A stretch of 64,000 nt of DNA from the human T2T-CHM13v2.0 reference genome, Homo sapiens, in NCBI RefSeq assembly GCF_009914755.1, contig NC_060926.1, one strand, 5' to 3'. A program made the translations under genes and the position numbers. Positions 45,345 through 62,239 of the stretch are shown here, piece after piece (positions within the stretch are counted from its first letter, which is position 1; the number at the start of each line of letters is the position of its first letter). The notes below the pieces were generated by a model. That model saw only the letters and a list, made by a program, of their open reading frames with translations. It ran no database searches and was not told the origin of the DNA.

Positions 45345-45768
45345 GCTGTGGTTTAAATGTCTTCTCCAAAACTCACATTGAAACTTAATCCTCAATGTGG
45401 CAGTTATTGAGAAGTGGGGCTTTAAAAAGCAGTGACTATATCATGAAGCCTCTGCCCTCAAATGGATTGATCCATTGATGGGTTAATGGATTAATGGGTT
45501 ATCGTGGAAGTGGTACCGATAGCTTTATAAGAAGAGGAAGAGAGACCAGAGTTAGCATGATAGCAAACTCAGCCCCATTGCCATGCGATGCCCTGTGCCA
45601 ACTCCGGACGCTGCAGAGAATCCCCACCAGCAAGAAGGCTCTCACCAGATGCAACTCTTCAACCTTGGATCTCCCAGCCTCTATAACTGCAAGAAATAAA
45701 TCCCTTCCCTTTACAAACTACCCAGTTTCAGGGATTCTGTTATAAGCAACAGAAAACAGTCTAAGACA
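45345..45768 (+). mobile_element. MST (B/C/D-like) LTR
   Basis: tgctgtggtttaaatg...ctaagaca. Confidence 0.8.
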
Positions 45769-46404
45769 GGGGGTTGTTGTTCAGATGGAGAGTGTTTCTC
45801 ATACCCACTGAAGTCCCTCTTCCTCTCCACATATTCACTAGGTGCTGAGGCAGGGGAACTTGAGCATGTTTCCCAGTCCTTTATGCTCCTGATCTGAGCT
45901 CACTTTCAGAGTAGAAAACAGTACATTTCCTGGGGAAGCCTCAGCCCCTTCTACGGAGGTCTCTCCTACAGGCTCCTGCTGAGGCAAGACAGTTCTGAAA
46001 TCACAGACTTCGGGAGTGACTTCCCTCTCCTGCTACCTATGAAGGGTAGGACACCTATCCTGGCATCATGGTGACTAAATTGGACCAGTTGGGTATTCTT
46101 TATAGAGCGATGTTAATGGGCAACACAGACACAGGCAGTTGATATCAAAGAGATCCCAGAAGGAAGATGAATGTCAGAGGACTTGGTGCCTTGGGGAGCA
46201 GCAACAATGACGACAAAGACTGTGAATCACGAAAGAGGATAATTAAGGATGCCTGTAGTAACCTGGTTCCTGGTTCCTGCATTCTGCACCACCAACCATG
46301 ATTCTTTTACAGTGTGTGTGAGGGCTGCTGGGTCTCTATGGGAAGTAACTAGAGCCATAATTGCCCTAATATCTTTATAATAAAACTCCACTTTTTGCAG
46401 TTAC

Positions 46405-46885
46405 TGTATGGTTAATTTATCTGTCAACTTGACTGGGCCATGAGATGCCCAGATATCTGGTGAAACATTATTTCTGGGGGTGTCTGTGAGGATGTTTCCA
46501 GAAGAGATTAGCATTTGAATCTATGGACTGAATAAAGCAGATGGCCCTCCTCAATGTGAGTCGATATCACCTAACCTGAATACAACAAAAAGGTGGACAA
46601 ATGTTGACCCCTCTCTCTCTCTCTGTGCCTGACTGCTTGAGCTGAGACATTGGTCCTGCCCTTGAATTGAGATTTATACCATTGGTGCTCCTGGATTTCA
46701 GGCCTTCACACTTGGACTGGAATTTATACCATTAGCTTTCTTGGGTTTCCAGCTCACAGATGGAAGGTCATGGGACTTCGCAGTCTCCATAATCACATGA
46801 GCCATTTCCTTATAATAAATATCATTCTATTTATTATTTATATATACTGTTGGTTCTGATTTTCTGGAGAATCCTGACTAATGCA
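46405..46885 (+). mobile_element. MLT2 LTR
   Basis: tggttaatttatctgtcaacttgactggg...ggagaatcctgactaat. Confidence 0.85.
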
Positions 46886-48116
46886 GTTACCTTTTCTTCT
46901 CCTCCTCCTCCTTTTCCCCTTCCTCCTGTTCCTCCTCCCACTTCTTACAATTTAAAAGATCTAAATAACACAAGAGGCAGTTGGGGAAAGCAGTGTATTA
47001 GCCACTGCTATCTCCTTAATCTACAGCCACCCACTCCAAATAAATATGCAATCTAAGTAAAATCAGTATGTTTGCTTTGCAGATGAGTTCCAGAGAAATA
47101 ATCTTAGGCATTCCTAAGGAGGTGGCTGCCCCAAATTACCTGCTACACTGGAAATTCTAGCATGGCCACAGAAGACATTCTGCCTTTCTTTTGAACCTTG
47201 TCATTTTTTTCACATTTGCCCCTGGCATCACACAAAAATTCCTGTCCAGGGCTTTAAGCTTATTCATAGCCACCATTCCTTTACCCTCCTGCCCTGTCCA
47301 GCATGGCTAAATGCTCTGGCCTCTGGATTTGTGAGCTAATTCCTATTCCCAGTGCAAGTTCTTCCACCTCCCAACCTTACACCATCATGAGGATGGTCAT
47401 GTCAATATAGAAGTCACTCTACTCTTGACCACATAACTCTCCTCTCCACTTTCACAGCCCCTATGTCAAGGTTTTGTTTATACATCCCACCCAGCTGTGC
47501 CTTTTCCCCACCACCACCACACCCTCCCACCTACCAAATCCTTTATTTACTCCAAACATAATTCATCACATAGAATTGGGATACTTTATAAATAACATTT
47601 CAGTGAGGCAAGGCAAGTCTTCACAGGCCTTTGCTTAAGAGATTTAGTCATAAAATGCCTAAAGGATTTATTTATAATATAAACTCAAACTTTGCCATGT
47701 AAATCCCATAGTATGGCCCTGAAAGCAGAATGAGAACATTATTAATTTACTTACTATTTAATTATTCTCCCTTTTCTCTATCACCCCTGGAATGTAAAAA
47801 TTCCAGAGGCAGGAAGAATAGCTTCCGCTTTTTCTGACATCCAAAGCTCCTTTGCACCCTGGGAAGGCTAGCCTTGGGAATGACAAGAAAAACTGGGTAT
47901 TTCCTGAAGTCAAAATGGATTTTGAAAGACAAATTGTCCCTCTATGTAGTCCTGACTATGGTCTCCTTTCCCATTTTTTGTTTTAATTGATCATAACTTT
48001 GATTACAGAGCTGTTACCAGCTCCTTTGTGCCACAGTGTGTAAACTTATCTATTATTCTTAAATAGAACCGATTATAACTAAGAAAATGCCAATATTTAG
48101 ATTAGTTTGTGTAATA

Positions 48117-48432
48117 TAGTCAGCGCTCCTTATCCGTGGGTTCTGCATCCATAGATTCAACAAACTTTGGATCAAAAATATTCTGAAAAAAAGAATGAAT
48201 GCTTGCATCTGTATTAAACATGTACAGACTTTTTTCCTTATTATCACTTAAACAAAATAACTATTTACACAGCATTACATTGTATTAGGTATTATAAGTA
48301 ATCTAGAGAGATAATTTAAAGAGGATGTGCATAGGTTATATGCAAATACTACACCATTTTATATAAGGGACTTGAGTATCCTTGGTTTTTATATCCTGGA
48401 ACCAATCTCCCACAGATACTCGGGGACAACTG
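48117..48432. mobile_element. MER2 (Tigger) DNA transposon
   Basis: tatccgtgggttctgcatccatagattcaac...cacagatactcggggacaactg. Confidence 0.85.
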
Positions 48433-49916
48433 TGCTGCTTTTCAGATAAAACAGGAAGTATGTGACTATGTATAAGACATAGACAGTATTACTAATGAAT
48501 TCGGGTCGTTTGTTTATTTTTTTAAAATATCTATTGAGTGCCTATTAAAGCTGTGGCATGACTTCTACAAAAATAGTTTAGTATTATGAATACCAATGTT
48601 AGTAATGACAATTATATTTGTTAATAGCAGCTACCAGGAGTACACAGGTACTTAATATCACTTAATTCTCACAAAAATCCTATTTAGCAGATGAAGAAGC
48701 AGAGTCTCTGAGAAGTCAGTAACTTTCCCTCCCTACGTCCTATCCTCCACCCCTACACCCCCCTAGATCATGCATCTTAGAAAGGCCCAAATTCAGATTT
48801 GAATTGATTTCTTTTGATCACAACTTCCATATTCTCCTACAAAGTCATAATCCAAAGAAGAGAGTAATGGAATGAAATATCCTCAGTCTACAAAATACTT
48901 TGTATGGTTCATCATTAAAGCCACATTTCCCATCTTCAGCTTGCAAGCAACCATCTAATCCATTAAAATTACATTTCTTGAATTGAGTTTACTCATAATT
49001 GCCTTCCTTTACCTCTTAGCTCAATGCGATGCTTTAAAGTATTTCTCCCTATTTTTCTTTTTCTCTTTCTTTCCTTTTTTTTTTTTTTTCGCCCAACACT
49101 CTCCAGCTGAAAGCTGTGAAGTAATGACTGTTCTGCATTGCTGGGGACCTGCTCTATTTGTTTTCTAGCTACTTAACCCACTCACTTGAACTGGAATCCC
49201 TGTTGATCAGTGTGAAGATTCAAAGGGGCAAGCTATTTCTCATTCCTACAGTTTACTTTCTACTCCCCAGTTATTGAGTTATTGGGGGTAGGTCCCTTCT
49301 AACTCTACCCATTTTTCTCTAAGGCATTAATTTGGCAACCAAATGGCAAAGTCACCCTTTGAATGTTTCTTTTCATTGGGTGAGCATTACATAAGCAACC
49401 TGTGACAACGTGGCCTTTATAAAGCAAAACCTGACTCACCCAAGTGAGAAGGGGGAAGAGAGAAGCTTCATCCTTGATAACGCATTACCGGAACTTCCAG
49501 GTTCTATTCTGGCCCAGGTAGTCAGTGCTCCCTGCCTCTGCAGGCTTGCGGGCTTGCCATTCAGATATCCGTGGCTTCATCCCAGCTACACACCCTCACC
49601 TCTTTGACTCTTCCTCTAACAATAGTGCTGGCACATTTTAGTGCAAAGAGGAAAGAAGGAACAAGCTTTTCAGTATCCAGGACAGCACACAGTCATAACC
49701 ACAAGGGGAAAAATAGGAATGAAGAAGAGTGGATTGCCATAAACCTCATCCAAAGGAGATGGGTCAGGGGGCCTCAGGAGACTGTGGGACCGACTGTTCC
49801 AGTTTGAGAACCCACTTAGAGAACCCGCTGTCTCACCCATCACTGGATCTTTTCATGATGGACATGGGGGAGGGGTAAGGACTGGGGTACTAGAGAGTAA
49901 AAGAAGACAGTTTCAG

Positions 49917-50351
<435 letters not shown>

Positions 50352-50429
50352 TCAAAATGTGAAGCCTAACTCAGGATTCAGGAACCAGACTAACAGAGGG
50401 CAATGAAACAAAACCAGAGAACTCAGGCC

Positions 50430-51400
50430 CAGAGCCAGCGAGGGAGAGGAAGGACGCCGAAGCGTAGCGTCCCGCGCCGCCCCCCGCCAACCCGGGAGGA
50501 CGCAGACCCCCCAGAGCCGGTGTCCAGCCCCACCTCTCCGGGCGCCTGCAGGAGGGGAACCGCGCGTCCCATCGCCCGGACCCCGGGCCGGCGGCGCGGC
50601 CGAGTCCCGCTGCTTCCGCACTCGCCCCGGGACCCGGACCCCCGCCCCACCGCGCCCCTCCACCTCCCCGCCGGCCGGTGCCACGTGTAACGCCGCGGGG
50701 GAATCCCCGGGGACACAGGGCTGGCTGGATTCGCCTCTCGGCCACAGCTCTGCGCTCCACGAGCTGCTCCTGCCCGGTCCCCGCAGGACTCGAACCCGCG
50801 ACACCTCTGCCGCGCCCTAGCCCTCGCGCCCCGCCGGAGTCACCCCCTGACACTGCCAGGATCCCCGCCCGGCTGCGGGCACCACGTCCCCCGGGCCTTC
50901 GCGGGGCCCCGAGGGCCAAGACCGAGGACGCGCCGAGCCGAGGCTGCCTGGGGACCTGGTCCATCCGGTTCTGATGGGGTCCGCAGGGAAAAGGCACTAT
51001 CCCGGAAAGCTTCCTGGAGGAGGGGAGCGCGAAGGACGAAACTGGGCCTCCCTCTAGGCGGAGCTTAGTGTTTAAAGCTGGCCGGCCTTTCTCCTTTTCA
51101 TAGTAATTATTCTCTCACTAAGCTCAGGAAGCACGCCCTCCACCATCTCATTAAGCGAACCGGCTGTGGCTGACTCTTCCCTCCTCTAACAACTGTGGCT
51201 CCTCATAGCCGGCACAATGACGTCCAAAGCTGTCGGCTCCCGCACGGGTTCCTCCCTTTGAGGCTTGTCTTTCGCACTCCTTCCACCTGCTCGGAGAACT
51301 GCGCCCAGGTGGGTTCAGCAACTAGCAGGTGCCATGAAGAGACCCTCAGAGAAGCGGCCGGCCTACCTGGCGCCCGTTACCCCTCTCGCCGCAAACCCAC
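50430..51400. promoter_or_regulatory. CpG island / candidate promoter
   Basis: Very GC- and CpG-rich non-repeat DNA with GC boxes (cccgcccc ~50641) and E-box CACGTG (50682-50687); long ORFs in several frames are typical of CpG islands. Confidence 0.88.
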
Positions 51401-51452
51401 TTCCCTGAACTGTTTTGCAGTTCACAGCCTCTCTCCCCGCTCTAAAAACTAA

Positions 51453-51777
<325 letters not shown>

Positions 51778-53216
51778 CCTCCAGGCTTCATTTTTTAATT
51801 TTTTCATTCTTCCCTTCCTCCCTGAGCATCAGGAAGTTGCAACGGTTTTGCTGCTTGCACCCTCACATAAATGCACACGGCTCACACTCCAGCCCCAAGT
51901 GAGAGATTCGCCTCTCGGCCACAGCTCTGCACTCCACGAGCTGTCACGTGTTCCTGACAGGCAGGTCTCTTCTGTTTCCTACCCCATCCTCCTCCCTCTG
52001 GGATCTGTTCAGCAGATACCACCATGCCAGACTCCTGCCACTTTTCCCACCCACCCAGGAGATGGGAGAACAGATGTCAGTTTTCCCTTAGCAGTTGAGG
52101 CCAGCCAGGGTTTTCCAAAAGGAACATTACTCCTGAAAAGTATTTAAGAAAAAGTAATAAAACTTGCTTTAAAAAGTCAATCGTGGAAGTTCCAGTTTCT
52201 AGCCATTCCTTCCTTCCTTCCATTTGCTCTCCTGAAGGTTTGATCCAGAGATGCCCTCTAATCCTTGGGTTGTTCTCCTCCCCGTCCCAAAAGTCTTTCC
52301 CCAGGAGGGGTGGGATCTCAGCCACAGCCTGGTAGCTGTTATGCCTATGAGATGGTCTTAAGTTAAATGTGCACCGAATTGAAGACAGTTAACTTGATAA
52401 GTTGCTTGTTTTATAGGCCAAGTCTCAGATATCTTCAGCATATAAAAGCCACAGCCATGCCCAGTGGGGGTTACTAATTTTCTTAGAGTGACATCATGTG
52501 GTAAAGACAGGACCACCCAGCCTGGCTTTCAAAGTGCTGTGATATGTTGAAAGATGCAAGATGTGGGAAGTGAGAGAACCCCAAGGCACGAACCGAAGCC
52601 AGAATCATGGAATCTTAGGAGTCGAAAGGGACTAAGAATTTCTGACTCCCTCCCACCCAGTTCCAGAAGCCCCTAGTAAGGCTTCCCCCAGCGCTCCCTT
52701 AAGACCTGTGCCTAGACCTGGGGGCTGGAGGGTACCGTCCAACCTTGCCTGCAAAAGAGATGAGCCACCCACACCTGAAGAGAGGGAAGCCAGACCAGTT
52801 GTGATCGGGCTTCCTCTGTTGCACCTCAAGAAGCAAATCAGATGTTCCCTTACAGATGGAACACTCAAAAAGTTCAAAAGATGTTTTTACAAAGGGTTGC
52901 CTGATCCTAACATGCCATGAACACTGGGCTTAATAGTCCCATCAACTAAAGACTGAAAACAGCATTTTCCCAAGTGTGCTCTGTAGGATTCAGTAGATTT
53001 TGGGTGAATAAAAGGATTCCATGGTCAAACACATGCGGATTAAACAAATATGGGACTTAAAAAAAAGTAAACAGGGTAACATGAGGGTTGCTTGCAGTCT
53101 TAGAGCGGTTGTGTATCTTGGCTGTATCAAGGTTAATATCTGGTTTTGATAATCCACTATAGTCTTGCATGATGTTACCATTGGAGGAACTGGATGAAGG
53201 GTAAACAGGATCTCTC

Positions 53217-53218
53217 TT

Positions 53219-53265
<47 letters not shown>

Positions 53266-53546
53266 TTTTTGAGATAGGATCTCACTCTGTCGCCCAGGCT
53301 GGAGTGCAGAGGCGCAATCACATCTCAATGAAGCCTAAAACTCCTGGGCTCAAGCAATCCTCCCATCTCAGCCTTCCGAGTAGCTAGAACTACAGGTGTG
53401 TGCCACCATGCCTGGCTAACTTTTTATCTTTACTTTGTAGAGACGGGGATCCCCAGGTTGCTCTTGAACTCTTGTTCTTAGGTGATCCTCCTGCCTCAGC
53501 CTCTCAAAGCGATGGGTTTACGGGCCGAAGCCATGGCACCCAGCGC
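53217..53546 (-). mobile_element. AluJ with (TTTA)n tail, inside an L1M 3' fragment
   Basis: About 12 TTTA units then Alu; flanking gatgttaccattggaggaactggatgaagggt. Confidence 0.85.
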
Positions 53547-53652
53547 ATGATTATATCTTATATTGTTTACCTTATTATACCTATACGTTTATATACATAC
53601 TATGTTTTTTATATGAGTCTATAATTATCACAAAATAGAAAGTTTAACTTAA

Positions 53653-54007
<355 letters not shown>

Positions 54008-54334
54008 TGATTTTTAATTTTTAAAAGGGTACCAGTCTCTATGTGCCCCCCGGTTATGCTGGTGTGGGCAACTGCTGTACTGAGTCAGAGCTGGTGTGCA
54101 TGACCAAGAGAAGACATTGGAGTATTCTGAGGCTAGGTCAAAATATCCCTTAAAAGTTCCGCTTTGGCCTCTTAGATATATATAAAGCTGAATTCTATTT
54201 GCATTTGCCTGTGACTTTCTCTTCTTCTGCTGTCCTTGTCCTGTCTGGGTATCAAGGTTATATAAGTTTCATAAAATTAGCTCGATAACTTCCTCTCTCT
54301 TTTTTTCTCTGAAACGGTTTAAGATAAGACAAAT

Positions 54335-54640
54335 GGCCTGGGCGCGGTGGCTCATGTCTGTAATCCCAGCACTTTGGGAGGCCGAGGCGGGTGGATCACG
54401 AGGTCAAGAGATCGAGACCATCCTGGCTAATATAGTGAAACCCCGTCTCTATTAAGAATACAAAACATTAGCCGGGCGTGGTGGTACGCACCTGTAGTCC
54501 CAGCTACTCAGGAGGCTGAGGCAGGAGAATCTCTTGAACCCGGGAGGGGGAGATTGCAGTAAGCCGAGATCGCGCCTCTGCATTTCAGCCTGGGTGACAG
54601 AGAAAAAAAAAAGTTAAAAAAAAAAGTAAAAGAAAAAAAC
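54335..54640 (+). mobile_element. AluSc/Y
   Basis: ggatcacgaggtcaagagatcgagaccatcctgg; TSD gata(a/g)gacaaat. Confidence 0.9.
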
Positions 54641-55030
54641 GATAGGACAAATGATCCTCAAAAGTTTGGTAAGACCTTCCCTGTAAAAATCATCTGGCCT
54701 GGTTTCTAAACATGTCTAGAAGACACAATCTTTTTTCAAGGGGTAGAGAGAATGCTAGGAGAACCTTTTGAGGGCTACTTTAATTTCTGTTATGGCTATG
54801 GGTTTATTCAAAATTTCTTTGTCGTTTTGGATTAGTTTCTGCAGTTCATATATTTTTTAAGAAAAGTAAATATTTTATCAAAGTTTTAAATGTTCATGTG
54901 TAGTTTAAAAAATGCTTACTAAATCAATAGATATTGCCTCTTCTTATTTCTTATTATAGATTAAAAAACGGCTTTTGATTTTGTTGATTCTCATTCCTTT
55001 TTTTTAATACTTTGTTACTTTCTGCTCCTG

Positions 55031-55305
55031 TTCTTTTTTTTTTTTTTCTGAGATGGAATCTCTCTCTGTTGCCCAGACTAGAGTGCAGTGTAATCACCTC
55101 GACTCACTCCAACCTCTGCATCTGGGTTCAAGCAATTCTCCTGCCTCAGACTCCCAAATAACTGGGACTATAGGCACGCGCCACCACACCAGGCTAATTT
55201 TTGTATTTTTAGTAGAGACAGGGTTTCACCATGTTGGCCATGCTGGTTTCGAACTCTTGACCTCAAGTGATCCTCCTGCCTTGGCTTCGCAAAGTACTGG
55301 GATTT
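55031..55305 (-). mobile_element. AluS (5'-truncated)
   Basis: Antisense Alu. Confidence 0.85.
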
Positions 55306-55548
55306 ATTCCCACAAAATGAAATTCTAATAACTTTTTGCTGAATTCCACAAATGTTGGTATGTAACACATTTATTAGTATTCTCGTCTTACATATGCTGT
55401 CATTTCCATGGTGCCATCTTTTTAAAATTAATCCACAAATTATTCAGGATTACATTTTAGAGTTTCCAAATGTGTGTGTATATTACTTATTTTATTAGTA
55501 CTTTTATTTACTCATTTTGGTATTTTTTATTGTTGAATTCTTATTTAG

Positions 55549-55887
<339 letters not shown>

Positions 55888-56148
55888 TAGTTTCAGTGTG
55901 ACCAGAAAATGAGTATGGTCCATCTTTCAGGTGCCTATAAGTTCAAGAGTACTATATGTTTCTCTTACTTTTAAGTTCTTTCCTTTTTTATTTATATAAT
56001 ATTTTATGTAAAAATTAATGTATTTATATATAGTATAATATAAATTATATTTTGTCTAAAATCGATATTGCTATTCCAGCTTTTTAGGTTTATTATCTGA
56101 TTACTGTTTGCATGAGACAAGTTTCTCCATCCCTTTAGTTTCAATTTA

Positions 56149-56847
<699 letters not shown>

Positions 56848-58874
56848 TATGCCTAGAGTTTTTAAAAACTTAATCATACAGTCTCTTACTTTTTTATAGC
56901 AAGCTTACTCCATTTTCTAATTTTGTATTATTGATTGATTTAAAATGATTTCTACCCTCCTAGTTTTGATTTTCTGTTCACCTTCATTTGTCTTTCTTTT
57001 CTTTCCTTTTTTTAATAGTTTATTGAATTAGTGAAGCTTGCTATATTACCCCCTTTTGTTTTGGAAGTTACTTATAGTGTTTTCATTTTTTGACTATTTA
57101 CCTTTAGTTGTCAACATACATATTCATCATATATTTTTCTAAATAATACAAAATGCTTAGTAATTTTACTTTTTTGTTCTGAACAACGGCAAAAAGTCCT
57201 TAGCACATATTAACTTCACATTTACATTTCCTCTTCAATTTATTATTATCTAGAGAGTTTTAGTTTTGTACTTCTTAGAGCACAACAAATAAAAATTGAG
57301 AATATTTTTATAGTCAATGGTTTATAAAGATTCATTTATACTTTATCAATTTCTGTGATTCCCCTCCTTATTTTGCGTTCCATATCTTTCCTCTACGTTT
57401 TTTATTTTCCTTCCTACTGAAGTATATTCTGCAATAATTATTTTAGTGAGGGTTTTCGTGTGGCTTTGGCTGTTGTATAGCATTGCATTTCCGATCAATT
57501 TCTGGTCCATGAAATAATTTATTTTGTTCTTCATCCAGACTCTCTCATAACAGTTTTCCCTTTTTATGGGATATCTGTATTTGCCACGGGTTTTGTGCAA
57601 GGGAAATAAGTTGAAAGGTTAACCTGTGGAGTCATCTTCAGTTGAAATCAGGGTTAATGACTGCTGAGTTCCTGGTCCTCAGAGGGAAGGACAGAAGCAG
57701 CTGAAAACAAACATAAATATGGCAACTTGCCTGACCTGAATGGAAAAAAAAAATTATGGGCAAATGCACATTTCAAAGGATATTTGGCTTTTCTCAGCTT
57801 TCTAAATTTTTGTTATTTGTTCAATTCCTATCAATATTGGGGTGATAATGCTTGGTGTGCTGACCCCTGGTGGATTCAGTGAGTGCCAGTTTATGACAAT
57901 TTTTGAAGGTGAAGTAGGTCTTATTCCAGTAGCCTGATTCAAATGCCGTAAGAGGCTAGGCAGGTTATATAAATGTGTCAGGTGACCCCATGTGACCATA
58001 GATCATGGTGCCAGTGTAGTGAAAAATATGCCCTGTATATGACCATACACATGGCGCCAAGTGTTTTATGTGCCAAGTCACATAAAACCAATGGTAAAAA
58101 AAATGTTGGCAAAACACACACACATATGAACATTTGATTGGAGAGCTTGATTGGACCAATCAGTTTGGCCCAAACTACCTTGTTTAAGTTACACACAGAA
58201 AGGTTGTGCCCCTGCCCTGAGGTCTCACCCCAAGCTCAGTTTGTAAATTAATAACTAATGTTCTTTCCATGATCCACTCTTAATTTCCAAAAAAATAGTA
58301 ACAACTAATCAATGCTACAGTGGGCTCTTTTTATAAACTACTATTAGACATTTGCTGACAAGACCCAATGGGAGAGAATATTATTCTTCAAGTGAATTCA
58401 TGTATTATTGTCTGTGTTTTGAATAAAAACTTTGGTGGTATATATTATTTGGGAACTTGTAGAGCAAAATTTTCTCCTATAAAACATTAAATGTTATACT
58501 AATTAAGTATTTTTTCTCTAGCTTTTATACAGTCAACTTGAAGTTTAAGAACTTAAAATCAGATTCAAATCCTGATATGCTATATTTTTAACTGGGGAGC
58601 ATGATTAGACTAAGAATGAATTATCTGAAAGTAGCAAGTACCAGTGGTTATCCAGAATCAAATATTTTATTTTGTCGAGGTTGGGAAAAATCCAAATTAT
58701 ATTTCTACTTTGGATATTTTAATTAATTTTAATTATGATTGTTAAAAGGCATTTAATCTTTTTTCCCCCTGGTTGATTTAAACTTACTTATCTAGTTGTT
58801 TTCCAGGACCTGTCTGATAGATACCTCACTTGGAAGCTACAGTGGCTTCCTATTACTTATCATGTTAAGTCTGA

Positions 58875-59226
<352 letters not shown>

Positions 59227-59694
59227 ATTTCTTTTAACCACTGTATTTTTGGGTCTTAACTGTGCCACTCAAGACAATCAGACTGCTCTTCTCATGGGAA
59301 GGGCGTCCTGTTCTCAACCCTTGGCCTTCCCCATGTCTCACATGAATGTGAAGAAGTGGAGTGTGGCATCCCCAGGCAGATCTCCAATTCCATTTTCAAA
59401 GTCATCATAGATGGATTTCTTGGTTCTCATCTCTCCTTCACACTCTCTTCCCTTAATACACTATTGTTCTCTCTTATCTGGTTCCTCTTACAGCCACTCA
59501 AGCTCCTGACAAAACTTTATGGTAGCATAAGAAACTTGAGGAATATGTGTGTGTGTGTGTGCATATATATATACACATACGTATACACACAAATACATAT
59601 ATATATACATATTTGCATATATGTTTAATGACATGAAATAATTGTCTAAAAGCAATCATAAAATTTAAAATAAAATATTAATACACAAATCCTT

Positions 59695-60017
<323 letters not shown>

Positions 60018-60142
60018 AATTATATGGGACAATAACTCAAAAATACCACCATTTAAAAAAATCACATATACATACAAACTCTAACGTGTATAAATGCTGC
60101 CCATCCGTGACATTTACATACAAATTTTAATAGCTGTCTAAG

Positions 60143-60334
60143 GCAGTGTTTTCAAATTTTAGTGTGCAATAGAATACTTTGTGGATATTGTTAAATTTAA
60201 ATATTCCCAGGCCCACCATTCAGAGATTCTGATTCAGTGGTGTGGGAAGAAGTCCAGACATCAGGGTGTTTTTAGCAAGCATCACAGATAATTTTGAGAA
60301 AAGTAGCTCATGAATGACACTTCGAGAAACACTA
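60143..60334. mobile_element. MER5-like DNA transposon
   Basis: cagtgttttcaaa...cagagattctgattcag...gagaaacacta. Confidence 0.7.
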
Positions 60335-60795
60335 CCATGAGAAATATTTTTTCCCCAAATAAAGCAGCCCCTTTCCTGTTTCTATATTTATGAATGATGA
60401 GATTATTCTATAAGTAAAATTGTGAAATAGAACATGTTAATTTCAAAATCTTCAGTCTCACCTTTTTAAAATTTTTTTAACAATGTTTGAAGTTTTAGTT
60501 TATTTTAAAAGTCAATTTTAATTCTCTTAAATTGGTTTGCATTTATGGTACAGTTTTGTCATTTATGAGAATAAGAGATTTTTTTCCTTCATTTAACATG
60601 TTTACTTAATTCTCAGAAATATTTGAGGCTGCATGTTAGAATCCCTTTTTAAAATATGCCAATAAGGAACATGTCTGAACTTACTTTTTAAAGTTTACTG
60701 CGTTATTCACTTTCCTTGGCATATCTCCATTAGAGTTAGAATAGGTAATCAAAAACAGTCATTGACCTGATTCTAGGATTTTGACTGGATATAAC

Positions 60796-61040
60796 TTTTT
60801 TTTTTTTTTTCTGAGACAGGGTCTCGCTCTGTTGCCCAGGCTGGAGTGCAGTGGCACCATCTCGGCTGTCTGCAACCTCAGGCATGCACCACCACATCCG
60901 GCTAATTTTTGTATTTTTAGTAGAGACAGGGTTTCACCATGCTGGCCAGGCTGGTCTCAAACTCCTGACCTCAAGTGATCTGCCCACCATGGCCTTCCAA
61001 AGTGCTGGGATAACAGGTGTGAGCCACTGCACCCGGCCCA
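60796..61040 (-). mobile_element. AluS with internal deletion
   Basis: tgcaacctc|aggcatgc junction removes part of the right arm. Confidence 0.85.
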
Positions 61041-61713
61041 CTCATTATTTTGAAGAGAATATATCCTATGGGCTTCAGGGGAATTTTTAGGAAATCTACC
61101 TCTTTTCCTCAAACAATGTCAGAACTTTGATGCAAATTCTCCTTTTCTTAAAACATCTCCTAATCCAGGAGGCTGAGCAAGGCTGATCTTCTACCTGGAA
61201 AAGTGGAAGAAGTGAGAGGTCACGAGTCACTTGGACATCACTGTACCACCTAAGGCCCAATGGAGAATGAGTAAGGCTACTATAAACATGGTTTATCTGT
61301 GCTATAGGAATGCAAAACATTGTTTGGTGTCAGAATTTGCAAAACATGCTTTATAGCAATTCAAAAATATAACATGTAAGCCTGTAAGACACTGAAGAAA
61401 CCATCTAAGTCATCTAAGCCCAATGCCTTCATTTTACAGATTGCATAAGTGAAGGCCAAACTTGCAGGAATCCCAAGATCTCATTGAGAGTGAGATTGAA
61501 TCTTAATTATCATTACAAGCCTATGCATTTCTTCCAGAACATAATAAGCATTAAATTGATAAATCAGGTTTCTTGGATTAATTGTGAATGAATTGAAAAA
61601 GGTCCTGGATTTTCTAACTCTCAAGTCCAATGTCAAACCCAGAACAAAACAATTTGACACCAGAATGACCTTTGGTATCTCCTGCAGGTAATGTGGACCC
61701 TGGTATATTTTAG

Positions 61714-62131
<418 letters not shown>

Positions 62132-62239
62132 TGATATCGAGCAGCTTTTTTCATGTTTGTTGGGAAACTGTCATTCTCCTGTGAATTTGGAATGCACTTC
62201 CTTATTGTGTTTTACCTTCCAATGTTACTGTCAAGAATA

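Noticed and set aside
50352-50997. 150-208-aa ORFs in the CpG island as stand-alone genes
   Set aside because: Low-complexity G/R/P/A-rich, open in several frames on both strands because stop codons are rare in GC-rich DNA.
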